Source of the DNA: Pristiophorus japonicus
Taxonomy: Eukaryota
DNA: 64,000 nt
Direction: 5' to 3'
Assembly (NCBI RefSeq): GCF_044704955.1
Contig: NC_091999.1
Coordinates: forward strand, 66,030,001-66,094,000
Shown here: in pieces, positions 11,700-23,920 of the stretch
Position numbering within the stretch: the stretch's first letter is position 1
How the letters are laid out: each line of letters opens with the position of its first letter
Notes under the pieces: model-generated
What the model saw: only the letters and a program-made list of their open reading frames with translations
The model's database searches: none
Told to the model about the DNA's origin: nothing
Position numbers and translations under genes: made by a program

Positions 11700-12930
11700 T
11701 GTAGAGAACATTGATGTGTGTGTGTGGAGCATATTGATGCGTATATGAAGCACAGTGATGTGTATGTGGAGCACATTGATGTCTGTGTGAAGCACATTGA
11801 TGTGTGAGTGGAGTGCATTGATGTGTGTGTGGAACACATTGATGTGTGTGTGTGGAGCACATTGATGTGTGTGTGTGGAACACATTGATGAGTGTGTGTG
11901 GAATAAATTGATGTGTGTGTGGAGTAGATTGATGTGTTTGTGGAGTACATTGATGTGTGTGTGGAGCACATTGAGGTGTGTGTGGAGTACATTAATGTGT
12001 GTGTGGAGTACATTGAAGTGTTGTTGGAGTACATTGATATGTGTGTGGAGCACATTGTTGTGTTTGTTTGGAGCACATTGGTGTGTGTGTGTGGAGCACA
12101 TTGATATGTGTGTGTAGAGCACATTGATGTGTGTGTGTGGAGTACATTGATGTGTCTGCGTGGAGTACATTGATGTGTGTGTGGAGTACATTGAAGTGTT
12201 TTTGGAGTACATTGATATGTGTGTGGAGCACATTGGTGTGTTTGTTTGGAGCACATTGGTGTGTGTGTGTGGAGCACGTTGATATGTGTGTGTAGAGCAC
12301 ATTGCTGTGTGTGTGTGGAGCACATTGATGTGTCTGTTTGGAGCACATTGATGTGTGTGTGTGGAGCACATTGATGTGTGCATGGAGCACATTGATGTGT
12401 GCGTGCAGCACATTGATATGTGCGTGGAGCACATTGGTGTGTGTGTATGGAGCACATTGATATGTGTGCGTGGAGCGCATTGGTGTATATGTGTGGAGCA
12501 CATTGATGTGTGTGTGTGGAACACATTGATGTGTGTGTGGTGCACATTGATGTGTGTGTGGTGCATGGAGCACATTGATGTGTGTGTGGAACACAGTGAT
12601 GTGTGCGTGGAGCACATTCGTGTGTGTGTGGAGCATATTGATGTGTGTGTGGAGCACATTGATGTGTGTGGGTGGAGCACATTGATATGTGTGGGTGGAG
12701 CACATTGATATGTGTGTGTGGCGCACATTAATGTGGGTGGGTGGAGCACAATGATGTATGTGTGGGGCACATTGATGTGTGTGTGGTGCACATTGGTGTG
12801 TGTGCGGAGCACATTGATTTGTTTGTACAGCACATTGATGTGTGTGTGGGGCACAATGATGTGTGTGTGGGGCACATTGATCTGTGTGTGTGGAGCACAT
12901 TGATGTGTGTGCGTGGAGCATACTGATGTA
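11700..12930. repeat. 20-24-bp minisatellite GGAGCACATTGAT(GT)n, roughly 55-60 copies
   Basis: A constant 13-nt core with a variable GT run. It explains all His/Thr-rich ORFs here. Confidence 0.95.
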
Positions 12931-13014
12931 TTTATTTCTCTTGATGTGCTGATATTTCTCTTTCTTAGACGTGGAAATGCATCATCTGAAATTCATTCAC
13001 AAGAAAATGCATCC

Positions 13015-13490
13015 ATCAATAAGAAAGAAAGACTTCTATTTACACAGCTCCTTTCAGCACCTGAGGCCGTCGCAAAGCACTTTCCAGACAATAAAATTAC
13101 TTGAAGTGTAGTCACAGTTGTAATGTAGGAAACGTGGCAGTCAAATTGAGCGCAGCAAGATCCCACAAATTGCATGCGATAAATGAGCAGAGAATCGATC
13201 TTCTCAATCCTGTTCATTGAGGAAAAGTTATTATACAGGAAAATGTGGATAAATCCTCTGCTCTTCTGCTCAATGATGCCACGCGATCTTATACGTCGAT
13301 CTGAGAGGGCAGACGGGATCTCGGGTTAACTTGTCATTCCAAGACGGCACCTCTGACAGTGCAGCGCTCCTTCAGCACTGGCAACGGGAGTGATGTGTCT
13401 GGACTTTGCGCACAAGTCTCTGGAGTGGGAATTAATCCCAAAACTATCTGAGACCGAGGTGATTACGAGGCCCACTGAGCATCAGCTGAC
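13015..13490 (-). mobile_element. DeuSINE (SacSINE1-like) SINE
   Basis: Reverse complement of the SINE at 38285-38730: tRNA-like head, Deu-like core (gtgctgcactgtcagaggtgccgtc...tgtgggatcttgctg) and tctt tail. Confidence 0.75.
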
Positions 13491-13559
13491 ACAAACATAC
13501 ATTGTCGTGTGAAGTGCAATTGATATGTGGCCCAATGTAACCGAAAGAGAGAGACGGGG

Positions 13560-13965
13560 ACGAGTGTAATATGAAACGAGACTTGGTCTTGTGCAATAAT
13601 AATAGAGGCAGGTTATGTGTAATATAGACAGATACAGGGCCTAGTGTAATATAAACAGTGAAAGGGTCTCGTCTATAATAAACAGAGCCTGGGTCTAGTC
13701 TAATATAAACAGAGACGGACCTGGCATAATAGAAACAGAGACAGGATCTAGTGTGATATAAACAGAGACAGGGCCTAATTCAATTTAAACAGAGACAGTG
13801 CCTAGTGTAGTATAAATTGAGATTCTGGTCCAGTGCAGTAATAACTAAGTCAGTGTCTTGTTTAATAGGAACAGAGACAAGATCTAGAACAGTACTAACT
13901 GACTCAGGGCCTAATCCATTATAAACGGAGATAGTGCCTACTATCATATAAATTGAGACATGGTC
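13560..13965. repeat. Degenerate 27-bp minisatellite, ~15 copies
   Basis: Same unit as 21640-23920, in the same flanking context as 21520-21640. Confidence 0.85.
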
Positions 13966-14035
13966 TTATGCAGCAGCAGCTGTGCCGTCTGGTTAATGGC
14001 CCTCCTGTCAGTGGGAATATTTTCATAGATTCACA

Positions 14036-14659
14036 GGGCCGAATTTGTGGACATATCGCCGGCTGCCACTGCATTTTCTCGGCGGTCTCCCTGTTTTTTC
14101 TGCGCTCTCCCCTCCGAGAGAGTTTCGTAAGGCCCTCATGCAGGTGGGGCTCGAAGACCACTGGGGAGCTTCCATTGACATGCGCCGGCTTGCAACACCA
14201 ACAAAAGACCTAATGCACGCTGCCTCCCGAGATTGGTCTGAGTGTTCCTCCCCTCCAGCAGCAGAAGAGACCGCCGCATGGAGGCAGGTCCTAACTGAAT
14301 GGTAAGTTTGCAGATGTCCAAGAAAATGTTAGTGCACTTGTTTTCTTCATTATTTTGCAGCGATTTTGGAGATAGCATCTTCTGAAGGATTTGTAATAGT
14401 TTCTTTTTCATGTGTTGAATTGTTTTTATTTCTGCCCCCCTCCGTGGACTGACGCTATGCTCGGTGTTACTTTGTCGAGCATCGCATTTGCTGGCCAGAA
14501 TCTGACCTACCGCCCCCTGCCGCACAGAATCGGCGTTTAAAGCCCACTTTGAACGCTGGATGTTTTTTTTCCCATTGTTCCACCAAAGCTCCACCCTTTA
14601 CCTTAGCTATCCTTTGGACGGTACATGAGCAAAACTTAAGTTTGACCAAACTCAGGCCC
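14036..14659. mobile_element. Possible non-autonomous DNA transposon (PIF/Harbinger-like MITE)
   Basis: Imperfect terminal inverted repeats gggccgaatttg / caaactcaggccc, flanked by aca/ata. GC-richer interior. Absent from the other array copies. Confidence 0.4.
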
Positions 14660-15445
14660 ATAGATTAGTACAGCACACGATGTCGCAATTGAGCCCATAG
14701 ATTCTGTGCCCACTCTTTCGAAGATCAATCCCGTTAGTCTCAATCCCCCGCCCTTTCCAGATATCCCGGCATTTGTTCTCTTTCAAGTGTTTATAGAATT
14801 TCCTTTTGAAGGCTAATATTCAATGCATATCTAACACGCTATCAGGCAATACACTCCAAAACTTAACCAGTGGTAGCATAGCGAAGTTCGTCCAAATATC
14901 GCCTCTGGTTCTTTTGTCAATCACCTTACATCTGATACAGTTTCTATTTATTTACTCTAACTAAATCCTTGATGATTTTAAACACGTCTATCAAATTTAC
15001 TCTAAGGAGCAGAATACTTCTCCTGTCTCTCCACATTAACTGAAGTCACTCATTCGTGGTACAATTCTATTAAACATGCCCTTAACCTTCTCCCTTCCAA
15101 GGAAAACAATCCCATCTCCTCCAGTCTCTCCACGGTAACTGGTCCCTCATGCCTGGTACTAATCTATTAAATCTCATCTTAATCTTCTCTGCTCGAAGGA
15201 CAACAACCCCAGCTTCTCCAGTATCTCCACATAATTTTAATCCCCCATCCCTGATACGTTACCAGTCAATTTCATCTGACCCTCTCGAAAGTCTTCACGT
15301 CCTTCCTAAATTGTGGTGCTCAGAATTGGACACAATACTGCAGCAAGGGCAGAAGTGGTTTTTCTAGTCACTCATCCCTGGTACCAATCTGGTAAATCTC
15401 CCCTCACCCTTCTGTGCTTAAGGAGAACAGCCCCAGCTTCTCCAA
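14660..15445 (-). mobile_element. Old CR1 fragments shared by all array units (also ~25895-26605, 36362-37160, 46808-48235, 57770-58575)
   Basis: Each starts with atagattagtacagcac and carries repeated aaggagaacaa-cccagcttctcc pieces. Confidence 0.75.
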
Positions 15446-15914
15446 GTCTGTCTGCGAAGTGAGAGCCTGCGTCGTACCGTCCCGTACACACAATGGCAGC
15501 GAGCTCCAGGCGGGTACTGGCCTGTCCTCAACAGCAAGATGGGGGAGGGAAAAAGAGCATCTGAAAGTCTTCGAAGTCTTAAAACAAATGTTTTAATTGT
15601 TGCCCTTATTTTCTTCATTTAAAAAAAGGAAAATTATTCTGATTGCCCCAAACACAAATTCTACCCAGTGCCAGTTCCTCATCCAATTACCTCTCCGGAA
15701 AGATCACCATTTTATTTATTTTCAGTTTATTTTTTTTTGGTGGGGGGGGTGGTGTCGTAAATATATATATTTGTCATCGCTGCCTCTCTTTTTTGTGAAT
15801 ATATATGAAAGCCCGATGAAGGAATTGGGTGCAGAAAATTCCAGCTGAGGAAGCCTCATCGATGGAAACAGAAACACTGCAAAGGGAAAAAGTAAGAATC
15901 GGTTGGGCTGAGGG

Positions 15915-16170
15915 TGAGATGGAGGGAGGGAGGACTGGAGTGATGGTGGGTGGAGGGATGGAACGAGGGAGGGAAGCAGGAGGGATGAAGTGAGAAAGGG
16001 AAGGAGAGTCGGATGGAGGGTCCGAGGGATGGACAGAGTGAGGAAGATATGTGTGCAGCGAGGGTGCGATTGATAGAGGAAGGGATTGATCATGGTAGGG
16101 ATGGAGGGAGGGATGAAGGAATGGAGGGAGGAGAGACGGATGGAGGGTGGGAGTAATGGTGGGAGGGAGT
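15915..16170. repeat. Purine-rich (GGA/GGAT)n low-complexity tract in the E-F intron (also 27060-27480, 37650-37910, 48730-48900, 59025-59260)
   Basis: Strong strand asymmetry; source of the Pro/Ser-rich ORFs. Confidence 0.9.
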
Positions 16171-16549
16171 GCTGGAGTCCCTCTCAATTTACCCGATCAT
16201 GATTTTGTCATCATACACTTCATGATTTTGAACACCTCTAATAATTGGCCCATAACCTGCTCGGCTCTAAGGTGAACCGTCCCAGCTTCCAGCTGCTCTG
16301 ATGGTGCAGCTCACACAGTGTAAAACTCAAGATCCGTGAGTCCTTCCGCCTCAGGCACTTCCAGATGTTCCTTGTGGAATTGTTGACATTTTCAGGTGGA
16401 AATCCCAGCGTAGGAATTACATCCCAGGCAAGAAAAGATTACTCGCTCCTGATAATAGACGGATTCATGTAAGACTGGGCTCAGGCGCTGAATTTCAAAC
16501 ACGATGAGCTGAATAACAACATTTTAAAATACAAGCTATGATATGTTCA

Positions 16550-16850
16550 AGCCTCGGATCAGTTGGAACACTCTCGCCTCTGACTCAGAAGGTCACAGGT
16601 ACGAAACCCCACTCCAGAGACCTGAGCCAATAATCTACGCCGACCCGCCAATGCCAGTACTAAGGGATTGCTGCACGATCAGATTGCTGTCTTTTGTCGC
16701 AGACATTTATTTGTGGGATCTTGATGTGCATAAATTGGCTACCATATTTCCTACATTACAACAATTAGCACGTTTCTAAAGTAATTTATTGTCTGTAAAG
16801 CATTTGGGACATCATGACTTCATGAAAGGTGTTATATAGATGCAAGTTGT
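16550..16850 (+). mobile_element. DeuSINE (SacSINE1-like), internally deleted, D-E intron of copy 1
   Basis: Same insertion position in all five copies. Confidence 0.7.
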
Positions 16851-17699
16851 TTATAAATGTCAATATTTTAAAAAACAAAATTGCAATATATGAAAAGCTC
16901 AGATATTACTGTGATTGTCGGACCCTCCTCTGGTCACTGTTTCAAATTGTTTAGTTTCAGTGGCTTAAATCTTCCACGAAATGTAGATCCAGTGGAATAG
17001 CAGCCTGTTCAGAGATGTTCGGCAGCAGAACTTTCAGAATTCAATTATTCATTTTAATATGTTTTCCCTTTGATATAAACCGCATCTGTTGTAATTGAAC
17101 AAGTCTGAAGCCAACCTCACTGTTCGAGATAATTCTATTAATGTTGTACCAACTGTCAATGTTTGTTAAATTAACCCTTGTTGTGAGTTGAAACGAATCA
17201 ATAACTGACTCTGTTGACCTGTTTTTATGCCATGATCACTACATGGGAACCAGTGAGGCATTTATGTATATAAACACTGAAATAGATGTCCCAGATTAGA
17301 GGACTGAGCGACAGAAACACAATAAATGTGTCCCCATCAACACAGCATACAAATAAAGATAGATGGAAATGCACCAATAGTTTTTTGGTATACTTCTCTA
17401 AATTACAGGATAATAAGGTAAAGATGGTCCCCACGGACAAAAATGGAGAAATATTCCTTCTCGCCAGCATGTACGGCAACATTACCAATTTAATAGTGGA
17501 GATTTCCGGTATCCTCTCACTCTCCTGTTTCTACCTTCTGTCTTGTTTCTCAAGAATGGATCTTTGACATCCCCCCACATCGACATGTCAACATCTAACA
17601 AAAGATTGCCTTCAGCTCTAATGATATGCCTCTGACCAAATTATTTGGTGTGCAAAGAAGGAGATTTAATCGAAAATGTGACTTGCACATTAAATGATC

Positions 17700-18105
17700 T
17701 GGGAGCTTTTCATGGGACAGTGCAGAGGGATCGTTTCAGCCTATCGGCCCGTGATGTATCTGCCCTGAAAATGTTTGATGGGACAGTGTAGAGTGAGATT
17801 TTCTCTCCATCTAACCCATGCTGTACCAGCCCTGGAAGTGTTTCATGGGACGCTGCAGAGGGAGCTTTACTCTCTACCTAAACCGTGCTGTAACTGCCCT
17901 GGAAATATTTAATGGGACGGTGTAGATGGAGCATCACTCTGTGTCTAACCCGTGCTGTAGCTGCCCTGGGGATGTTTGATGGGACCGTGTAAAGGGTACA
18001 TCATTCTATATCTTACACGTGGTGTACCTGCCCTGGGATTGTTTGACGGGACAGTATAGAGGCAGCATCACTTTCTATCTGACATATGCTGTACCTCCGC
18101 TGTGA
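17700..18105. repeat. 67-bp tandem repeat, 6 copies (2-3 copies at 29105-29245, 39585-39725, 60825-61035)
   Basis: gatgggacagtgtagagggagctttactctgtatctaacccgtgctgtacctgccctgggagtgttt recurring at 67-bp spacing. Confidence 0.9.
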
Positions 18106-18379
18106 GATAAAGGGTGTGGTTCAATGATAACGGTGACAGAGTCTAGTCTTGTATAAAAAGAGTCATGGTCTAGTTTGTAATACAAACGATTGGGGCTAGT
18201 GTAATATAAACATTGTCCTTGTCTAGTTTAATATAAACAGATACAGGATCTTGTGTAATAGGAACAAAGGCATGGCATATTCCAGTAATATATGAGACAG
18301 GACCATGTACAATATTAGTAGCTGTCATGCATTAAAAAGTGTGGTCGGGCCTAGCGCAGTGATTATTGATACAGAGTTC

Positions 18380-18720
18380 CTGGCATGTGGGTGTGGGTGT
18401 CGCTGCAAAGCCAGCTATGATTGTCTGTCCCTAAATAGCCCGGCGAAGCAGAAGGTTAGCTGCCACCTTGAGCCAGGAATGTGAAGTAATGGTAATACAT
18501 TTCCAAGTCAGGATGCTGTGTGATTTGGAAGGGAACGTGGAGATGATGATGTTCCTATGAGCCTGCTGCCCTTGTCCTTCTAGTTGAAATAGGTCGTAGG
18601 TCTGGGAGGTGCTGTCGAAGATGTCTTGGAGAGTTGCTGCAATGCATCTTGTGGATAGTAATCATTGCAGACATGGTGCATCGATGGTGGAGGGGATGAA
18701 AATTTAACGTGGTGGATGGG
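18380..18720 (-). mobile_element. 3' fragment of a distinct CR1/L2-group LINE (also 29610-30020, 40080-40460, 61320-61720)
   Basis: Paralogous copies read SLHHRR.....I.KM.CSNSPR.LRQH; same position in four units. Confidence 0.7.
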
Positions 18721-18779
18721 GTAATATAAACTGGAGCGAGGACTAGTGTAGTAATACTTGAGACAGGCTCTGGTGTATT

Positions 18780-19890
18780 ATAGAATCATAGAGCGGTTAC
18801 AGCACAGAAGAGGGCCATTCGGTCCAAATTTCCCGTGCCACTCTCTGCAAAAGTATTTCATCTAGTCCACTCCCCCGCCCTTTCCCGTAGCACTGTGAAT
18901 TATCTTTCTTCAGGTACTTATATAATTCCCTTTGGAATGCCACGATTGACTGCCTCCACTTTCCTTTCAGGCAGTGCATTCCACGTCCTTACCACTCGCT
19001 GCGTACACACGTTTTCCTCATGTCGCCTTTGGTTGTTCTGCCAATCACCTTAAATCTGTGGTCTCTGTTTTCGAGCATTTCGCCATGGGGACACTTTCTC
19101 TCCAGCCACTCTCTCTCGACTCCTTATGATTCTGAAAACCTCTTTCTCAAATCTCATCTCAACCTTCTCTGCTCTCAAGAGAACACCCCAGCTGCTCAAG
19201 ACTATTCACGTAACCGAACTACATTATCCCTCTCTAGGGCCTTGAAATCCTTCCTAATTTGCGATGCCCAGAATTGGACCCAATACTCCAGTTGAGGATG
19301 AACCAGTATAACTTCCTTTCTTTTGTATTCTACGCTTCTTTTATGAAGTCTAGAATCACGTATGCTTTTATTTAAACACTTTCTCGGCCGGCCCTGCATT
19401 ATTCAATGATTTGTGCCCATATAATTCCAGGTCATGCATCCCATTATAATTGTATTTCTTTGTTAATATTGCCTCTCCTCGGTTTTCCTAATTCAATGTA
19501 TCTCTTCACATATTTCTCCGTTTCATTTGCCACGTGTCCACCCATTCCAGCAGCCTGAAATGTCCTTTTGATGTCTATCATTATCCTCCACACTTTAAAT
19601 TATACTTATAAGTTCTGTTTTATTGGCAAATATTTAAATTGTACCCATACACACAAGTTAAGTCATGAATATAAATCAAGAAAAGCAGTGCGCCCAGTAC
19701 CAACCGCTGTGGCACACCACTGCATACCTTCCTCCAGTCCAATAAAACCACTACTCTCTCATTCCTGTCACGCAGCCAATTTCGCACCCATGCTGCCACT
19801 GTCCCTCTTCTTCGAAGGGCTTCAACATTGCTGGCAAGGAAATAACCAAGGCACTTTATCAAAAGCCTTTTGGAAGTCCACCACATCAAT
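18780..19890 (-). mobile_element. Old CR1 LINE in the C-D intron (also 30080-31245, 40522-43110, 49862-50130, 62335-63235)
   Basis: (ATTCTATG)-type tail; WVRNWLRDR and SGVPQRLVLG motifs. Confidence 0.85.
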
Positions 19891-20394
19891 CATATAAACT
19901 GAGATTGAGTCTAGTGCAGTAGAAACTGCGGCGGGGTCTGGTGTAATGAAAGAAACAATTATAGAATTACAGGTGCATTAACGTCATGCTAGGTACAGGT
20001 GCAGTTTCACTTTTACCATCACTAGCACCAATAATAACGCACTTGAAGTGTATATCAGGGGATTCTGTGTGATGGTGAGATGATCACTGGACAATAAAGT
20101 GCAGAGGCTGGTGGCTGGCTACTCATTATCGTCGGTGTGATTTAATCCCCTTTCCCATTGAATACTGCGGACAGACATGGTCACCTTATTAATGGAACGG
20201 TCTTTGTGACATCATTTTCCAAAAAAGTGCATACAAGACAATATATTATCAATAAATGGGAAAGATATAAAAACACTCTGGAATTAGCTGTCGAATAAAA
20301 TACAATGTTGAAAAATAATTGTTGAAGCTAATCATTTATATTTGTGGAATGTAATTGCAAACATTATCATTGATGTTTTTTGTACACAAACTGC

Positions 20395-20910
20395 AGCGCG
20401 TGCGCACACACACACACACACACTCTCACACACATATATACGCACACACACATACACATACACGCACGCATATATGCACACACACTTAGACACACACATA
20501 AACACACACACACACACATACATACATAAAGACACACATACATATACACATGAGGAGGAATTTCTTCACCCAGAGAGTGGTGAACCTGTGGAATTCTCTA
20601 CCACAGAAAGTTGTTGAGGCCAATTCACTAAATATATTAAAAAACGAGTTAGATGAAGTCCTTATTACTAGGGGAATCAAGGGGTATGGTGATAAAGCAG
20701 GAATGGGGTACTGAAGTTGCATGTTCAGCCATGAACTCATTGAATGGTGGTGCAGGCTAGAAGGGCCGAATGGCCTACAGCTGCACCTATTTTCTATGTT
20801 TCTATGTTTCTATGTACACATACACGCACACATACATACCCACACATACACACACACTCATACACACAAACACGCATGCACACACATATACATGTACACA
20901 CACATATACC
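20395..20910. repeat. (CA/TA)n microsatellite interrupted by a LINE tail
   Basis: CA-rich runs at 20395-20550 and 20815-20910. Confidence 0.9.
20551..20814 (+). mobile_element. 5'-truncated CR1 LINE 3' end, (TTTCTATG)n subfamily
   Basis: gaggaggaatttcttcacccagagagtggtgaacc ... tttctatgtttctatgtttctatg. Confidence 0.9.
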
Positions 20911-21639
20911 GAACATTTAGACTGTGCTCTTTTCAGTTGTACGCCTTAACCAAATGAGAGTTATATTCCGGTGGACATTAGGACCCTGTGGCCGCCCATC
21001 CGGCGGTCTTGTGCGATCACGTTTCCAGGCTCTGTGTGACACAATCAGTGGGTCACGTGATAGTTCAATATAAAATATTCCAGGAAAACAATTCTTAACA
21101 GTAAATAACTGGGAGAAATGAGCACAGTATAACACAAGTGTGAATTAGTAACATTTAACAAACAGAGTGCCAGTAAGTAGTGCAAAGTGCAGTGAATTGC
21201 TCACCTTCAGTCCTGTCCCTGAATCCCAGTCCATCTCTGGGAGATTGTTGCAGGATTCACCCCATCCTTTCAACACGAATATTACCGACACAATACCAGA
21301 TCAATTAGACATTGCACAGAACTCTTGATAGCTATAAATAAATCTAAACATATGTTCCAACCAAAAAAGTATTGCATCCGCTCACCCACACACAAATATA
21401 TTTTTTTATATTTATATCGAGCGTCCATCTATAAATCTTCTGTCTAACTAACAGACGCATGACAAAGTGCGGAAATAACTGAGACAGATTCTGTTGTAAA
21501 ATAAGTAGGGATATAGTCCCTGGAGTGGAATTTTATCCCAAAACTATCTGAGACTAAGCCGAAAATGAGACACACCGAGCCTCGGCTGATTCAAACAGAC
21601 ATTATCTTGTGAACTGTAATTGAGACATGGCCCATTGTA

Positions 21640-23920
21640 ACATAAAGGCAGACAGGGTCTAGTGCAATATAAACAGAGAGAAGGCCTTGTGTAATATAAA
21701 CAGAGAAAGGGTGTAGTGTAATAAAACAGAGACAAGGTCGAATCTATTATAAACAGAGACACGCTCTACTGTAATATAAACAGAGACGGGGTCCAGTCTA
21801 ATATAAACATAAACAGTGTCTAGTGTAACATAAACAGAGACAGGGTCTAGTGTAATAAAGCAGAGACAAGGTCTAGTGAAATATAAATAGAGACGGGGTC
21901 TAGTGTAATATGAAGAGAAACAGAGTCCAGTGTAATATAAACAGAGGCAGGATCTAGTGTAATATAAAGGGAGACAGGAACCAGTGTAATAATAAATAAA
22001 GAGAAACAGGGTCTAGTGTAATATAAACAGAGACAGAGTCTCGTGTAATATAAAGGGAGGCATGGCCCAGTGTAATATAAACACAGATAGGGTCTAGAGT
22101 AATATTAACAGAGACAGTGTCTAGTGTGATATACACAGAGATAGAGCCCAGTGTAATATAAAGGACACGGTCGAGGGTAATATTATCAGCGACAGTGTCT
22201 TGTGTAATATAATCAGAGACATGGCTCAGTGTAATACAAAGCGACAGGGTCTAGTGCAATATAAACAGAGTGAGGGCCTAGTGTAATATAAACAGAGACA
22301 CGGTGTAGTGTAATAACACAGAGACTAGGTCTAGTGTAATATAAACAGAGACAGGGTCGAGTGTAATAATATATAAAGAGACATGGTCCAGAGTATATAT
22401 TAACAGAGACAGTGTCTAGTGTAATATAAACAGAGACAGGTTCCAGTCGAGTATAAACAGAGACAGGGTCTAGTGTAATAAAGCAGAGGCAAGGTCTAGT
22501 AAAATATAAATTGGACGGGGTCTAGTGTAATCTAAAGAGAAGCAGAGTCCAGTGTAATATAAACAAAGGCAGTATGTAGTGTAATATAAAGGCAGACATG
22601 GCCCAGTGTAATATAGACACAGATAGGGTCTCGGGTAATATTAACAGTGACAGTGTCTAGTGTGATACAAACAGAGTCAGAGCCCTGTGTAATATAAAAA
22701 ACAGGGTCGAGGTAATATTAACAGCGACAGAGTCTAGTGTAATATAATCAGAGACATGGCCCAGTGTAATACAAAGCGACAGGGTCTAAGGTAATATTAA
22801 CAGAGACAGGGCCTAGTGCAATATAAACAGCGAAAGGGTCTAGTTTAATATAGACAGAGACAGGTCTTGTGTAATATAAACTGGGACACGATCGAGTGTA
22901 ATATAAACAGGTACAGGGTCTACTGTAATATAAACAGGGACAGGTTCCAGAGTAATTTAATCAGGGACAGGCTCTAGTATAATAAAACAGAGACAGAGTC
23001 TAGAGTAATATAAACAGAGATAGGGCCCAGTGTAATATAAAGGACAGGGTCTAGTTTAATATAGACAGAGACAGCGTCTTGTGTAATATAAACTGGGACA
23101 GGATCGAGTGTAATATAAACAGGGACAGGGTCTAGAGTAATTTAAACAGCGACAGGCTCTAGTGTAATATAAACAGAAACAGAGTCTCGTGTAATATAAA
23201 TAGAGACAGGGTCTCGTGTAATATAAATGGAGACAGGGCCCAGTGTAATATAAACACAGATAGGGTCCAGGTAAAATTAACAGAGACAGTGTCTAGTGTG
23301 ATATAAACAGAGACAGGGCCAGTTTAATATAAAGGACAGGGTCTAGTGTAATATTAACAGCGACAGTGTCTAGTGTAATATAATCAGAGACATGGCCCAG
23401 TTTAATACAAAGCGACAGGGTCAAGGGTAATATTAACAGAGACAGGGTCTGGTGCAATATAAACAGCGAAAGGGTCTAGTCTAATATAGACAGAGACAGG
23501 GTCTTATGTAATATAAACTGGGACACGATCTAGTGTAATATCAACAGGGACAGGGTCCACTTTAATATAAACAGCGACAGGCTCCAGAGTAATTTAAACA
23601 GGGACAGGCTCTCGTGTAATTCAAACAGAGACAGAGTCTAGTGTATTATAAACAGAGACAGAGCCCAGTGTAATATAAAGGACAGGGTCTAGTTTAATAT
23701 AGACAGAGACAGGGTCTTGTTTAATATAAACTGGGACAGGATCTAGTGTAATATAAACAGGAACAGGATCTAGAGTAATTTAAACAGCGACAGGCACTAG
23801 TGTAATATAAACAGAGACAGCGTCCAGTGTAATGTAAACAGAGACAGGGTCTAGTGTAATGTAAATTGAGATATGGCCGAGTGTAATATAAATGGAGACA
23901 GTGCCTCGTGTAATATAAAC
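21640..23920. repeat. 27-bp minisatellite array (ctagtgtaatataaacagagacagggt), ~84 copies, with higher-order structure
   Basis: Direct units; ORFs show a 9-aa period (YITLDPVSV). Confidence 0.95.

Larger units (their letters stand above)
15478..21236 (-). pseudogene. Copy 1 of multi-exon gene fragment (exons A-G); candidate WSC/PKD-domain polycystin-1-like ectodomain
   Basis: Exons A 21236-21205, B 21031-20951, C 20164-20043, D 17594-16938, E 16508-16315, F 15876-15813, G 15526-15478. Acceptors include tgtccgcag, ttttgttag and ccctttgcag; donors include aag|gtgagc and gt|gtgagc. Consensus phases chain 1,2,1,2,2,0,1. Stops and frameshifts are present (TAG in C; TAA/TAG/TGA in D). Family identity is inferred from motifs only. 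Confidence 0.7.

Noticed and set aside
11667-12921. 300-400 aa His/Thr/Cys-rich ORFs
   Set aside because: All three minus frames are open and give permutations of the same peptides, which is minisatellite read-through.
15460-15545. GC-rich conserved island as a possible repeated ncRNA gene
   Set aside because: I recognise no ncRNA family or Pol III signals, and a 49-nt phase 0-1 exon fits better. The GAG acceptor is atypical, so this is not fully excluded.
16305-16345. CACAGTG heptamer repeated in most units, suggesting shark immunoglobulin-cluster RSS
   Set aside because: There is no ACAAAAACC-like nonamer at 12 or 23 bp and no V, J or C motifs. The heptamer overlaps the minus-strand exon E donor.
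21200-21240. DWD.GTGLK|gtgag resembling an Ig/TCR J segment
   Set aside because: It lacks F/W-G-x-G, has a TGA in that frame in several copies, and has no upstream RSS.
21640-23920. CRISPR-like regular repeat
   Set aside because: Units are contiguous with no unique spacers, there are no cas genes, and the context is vertebrate.
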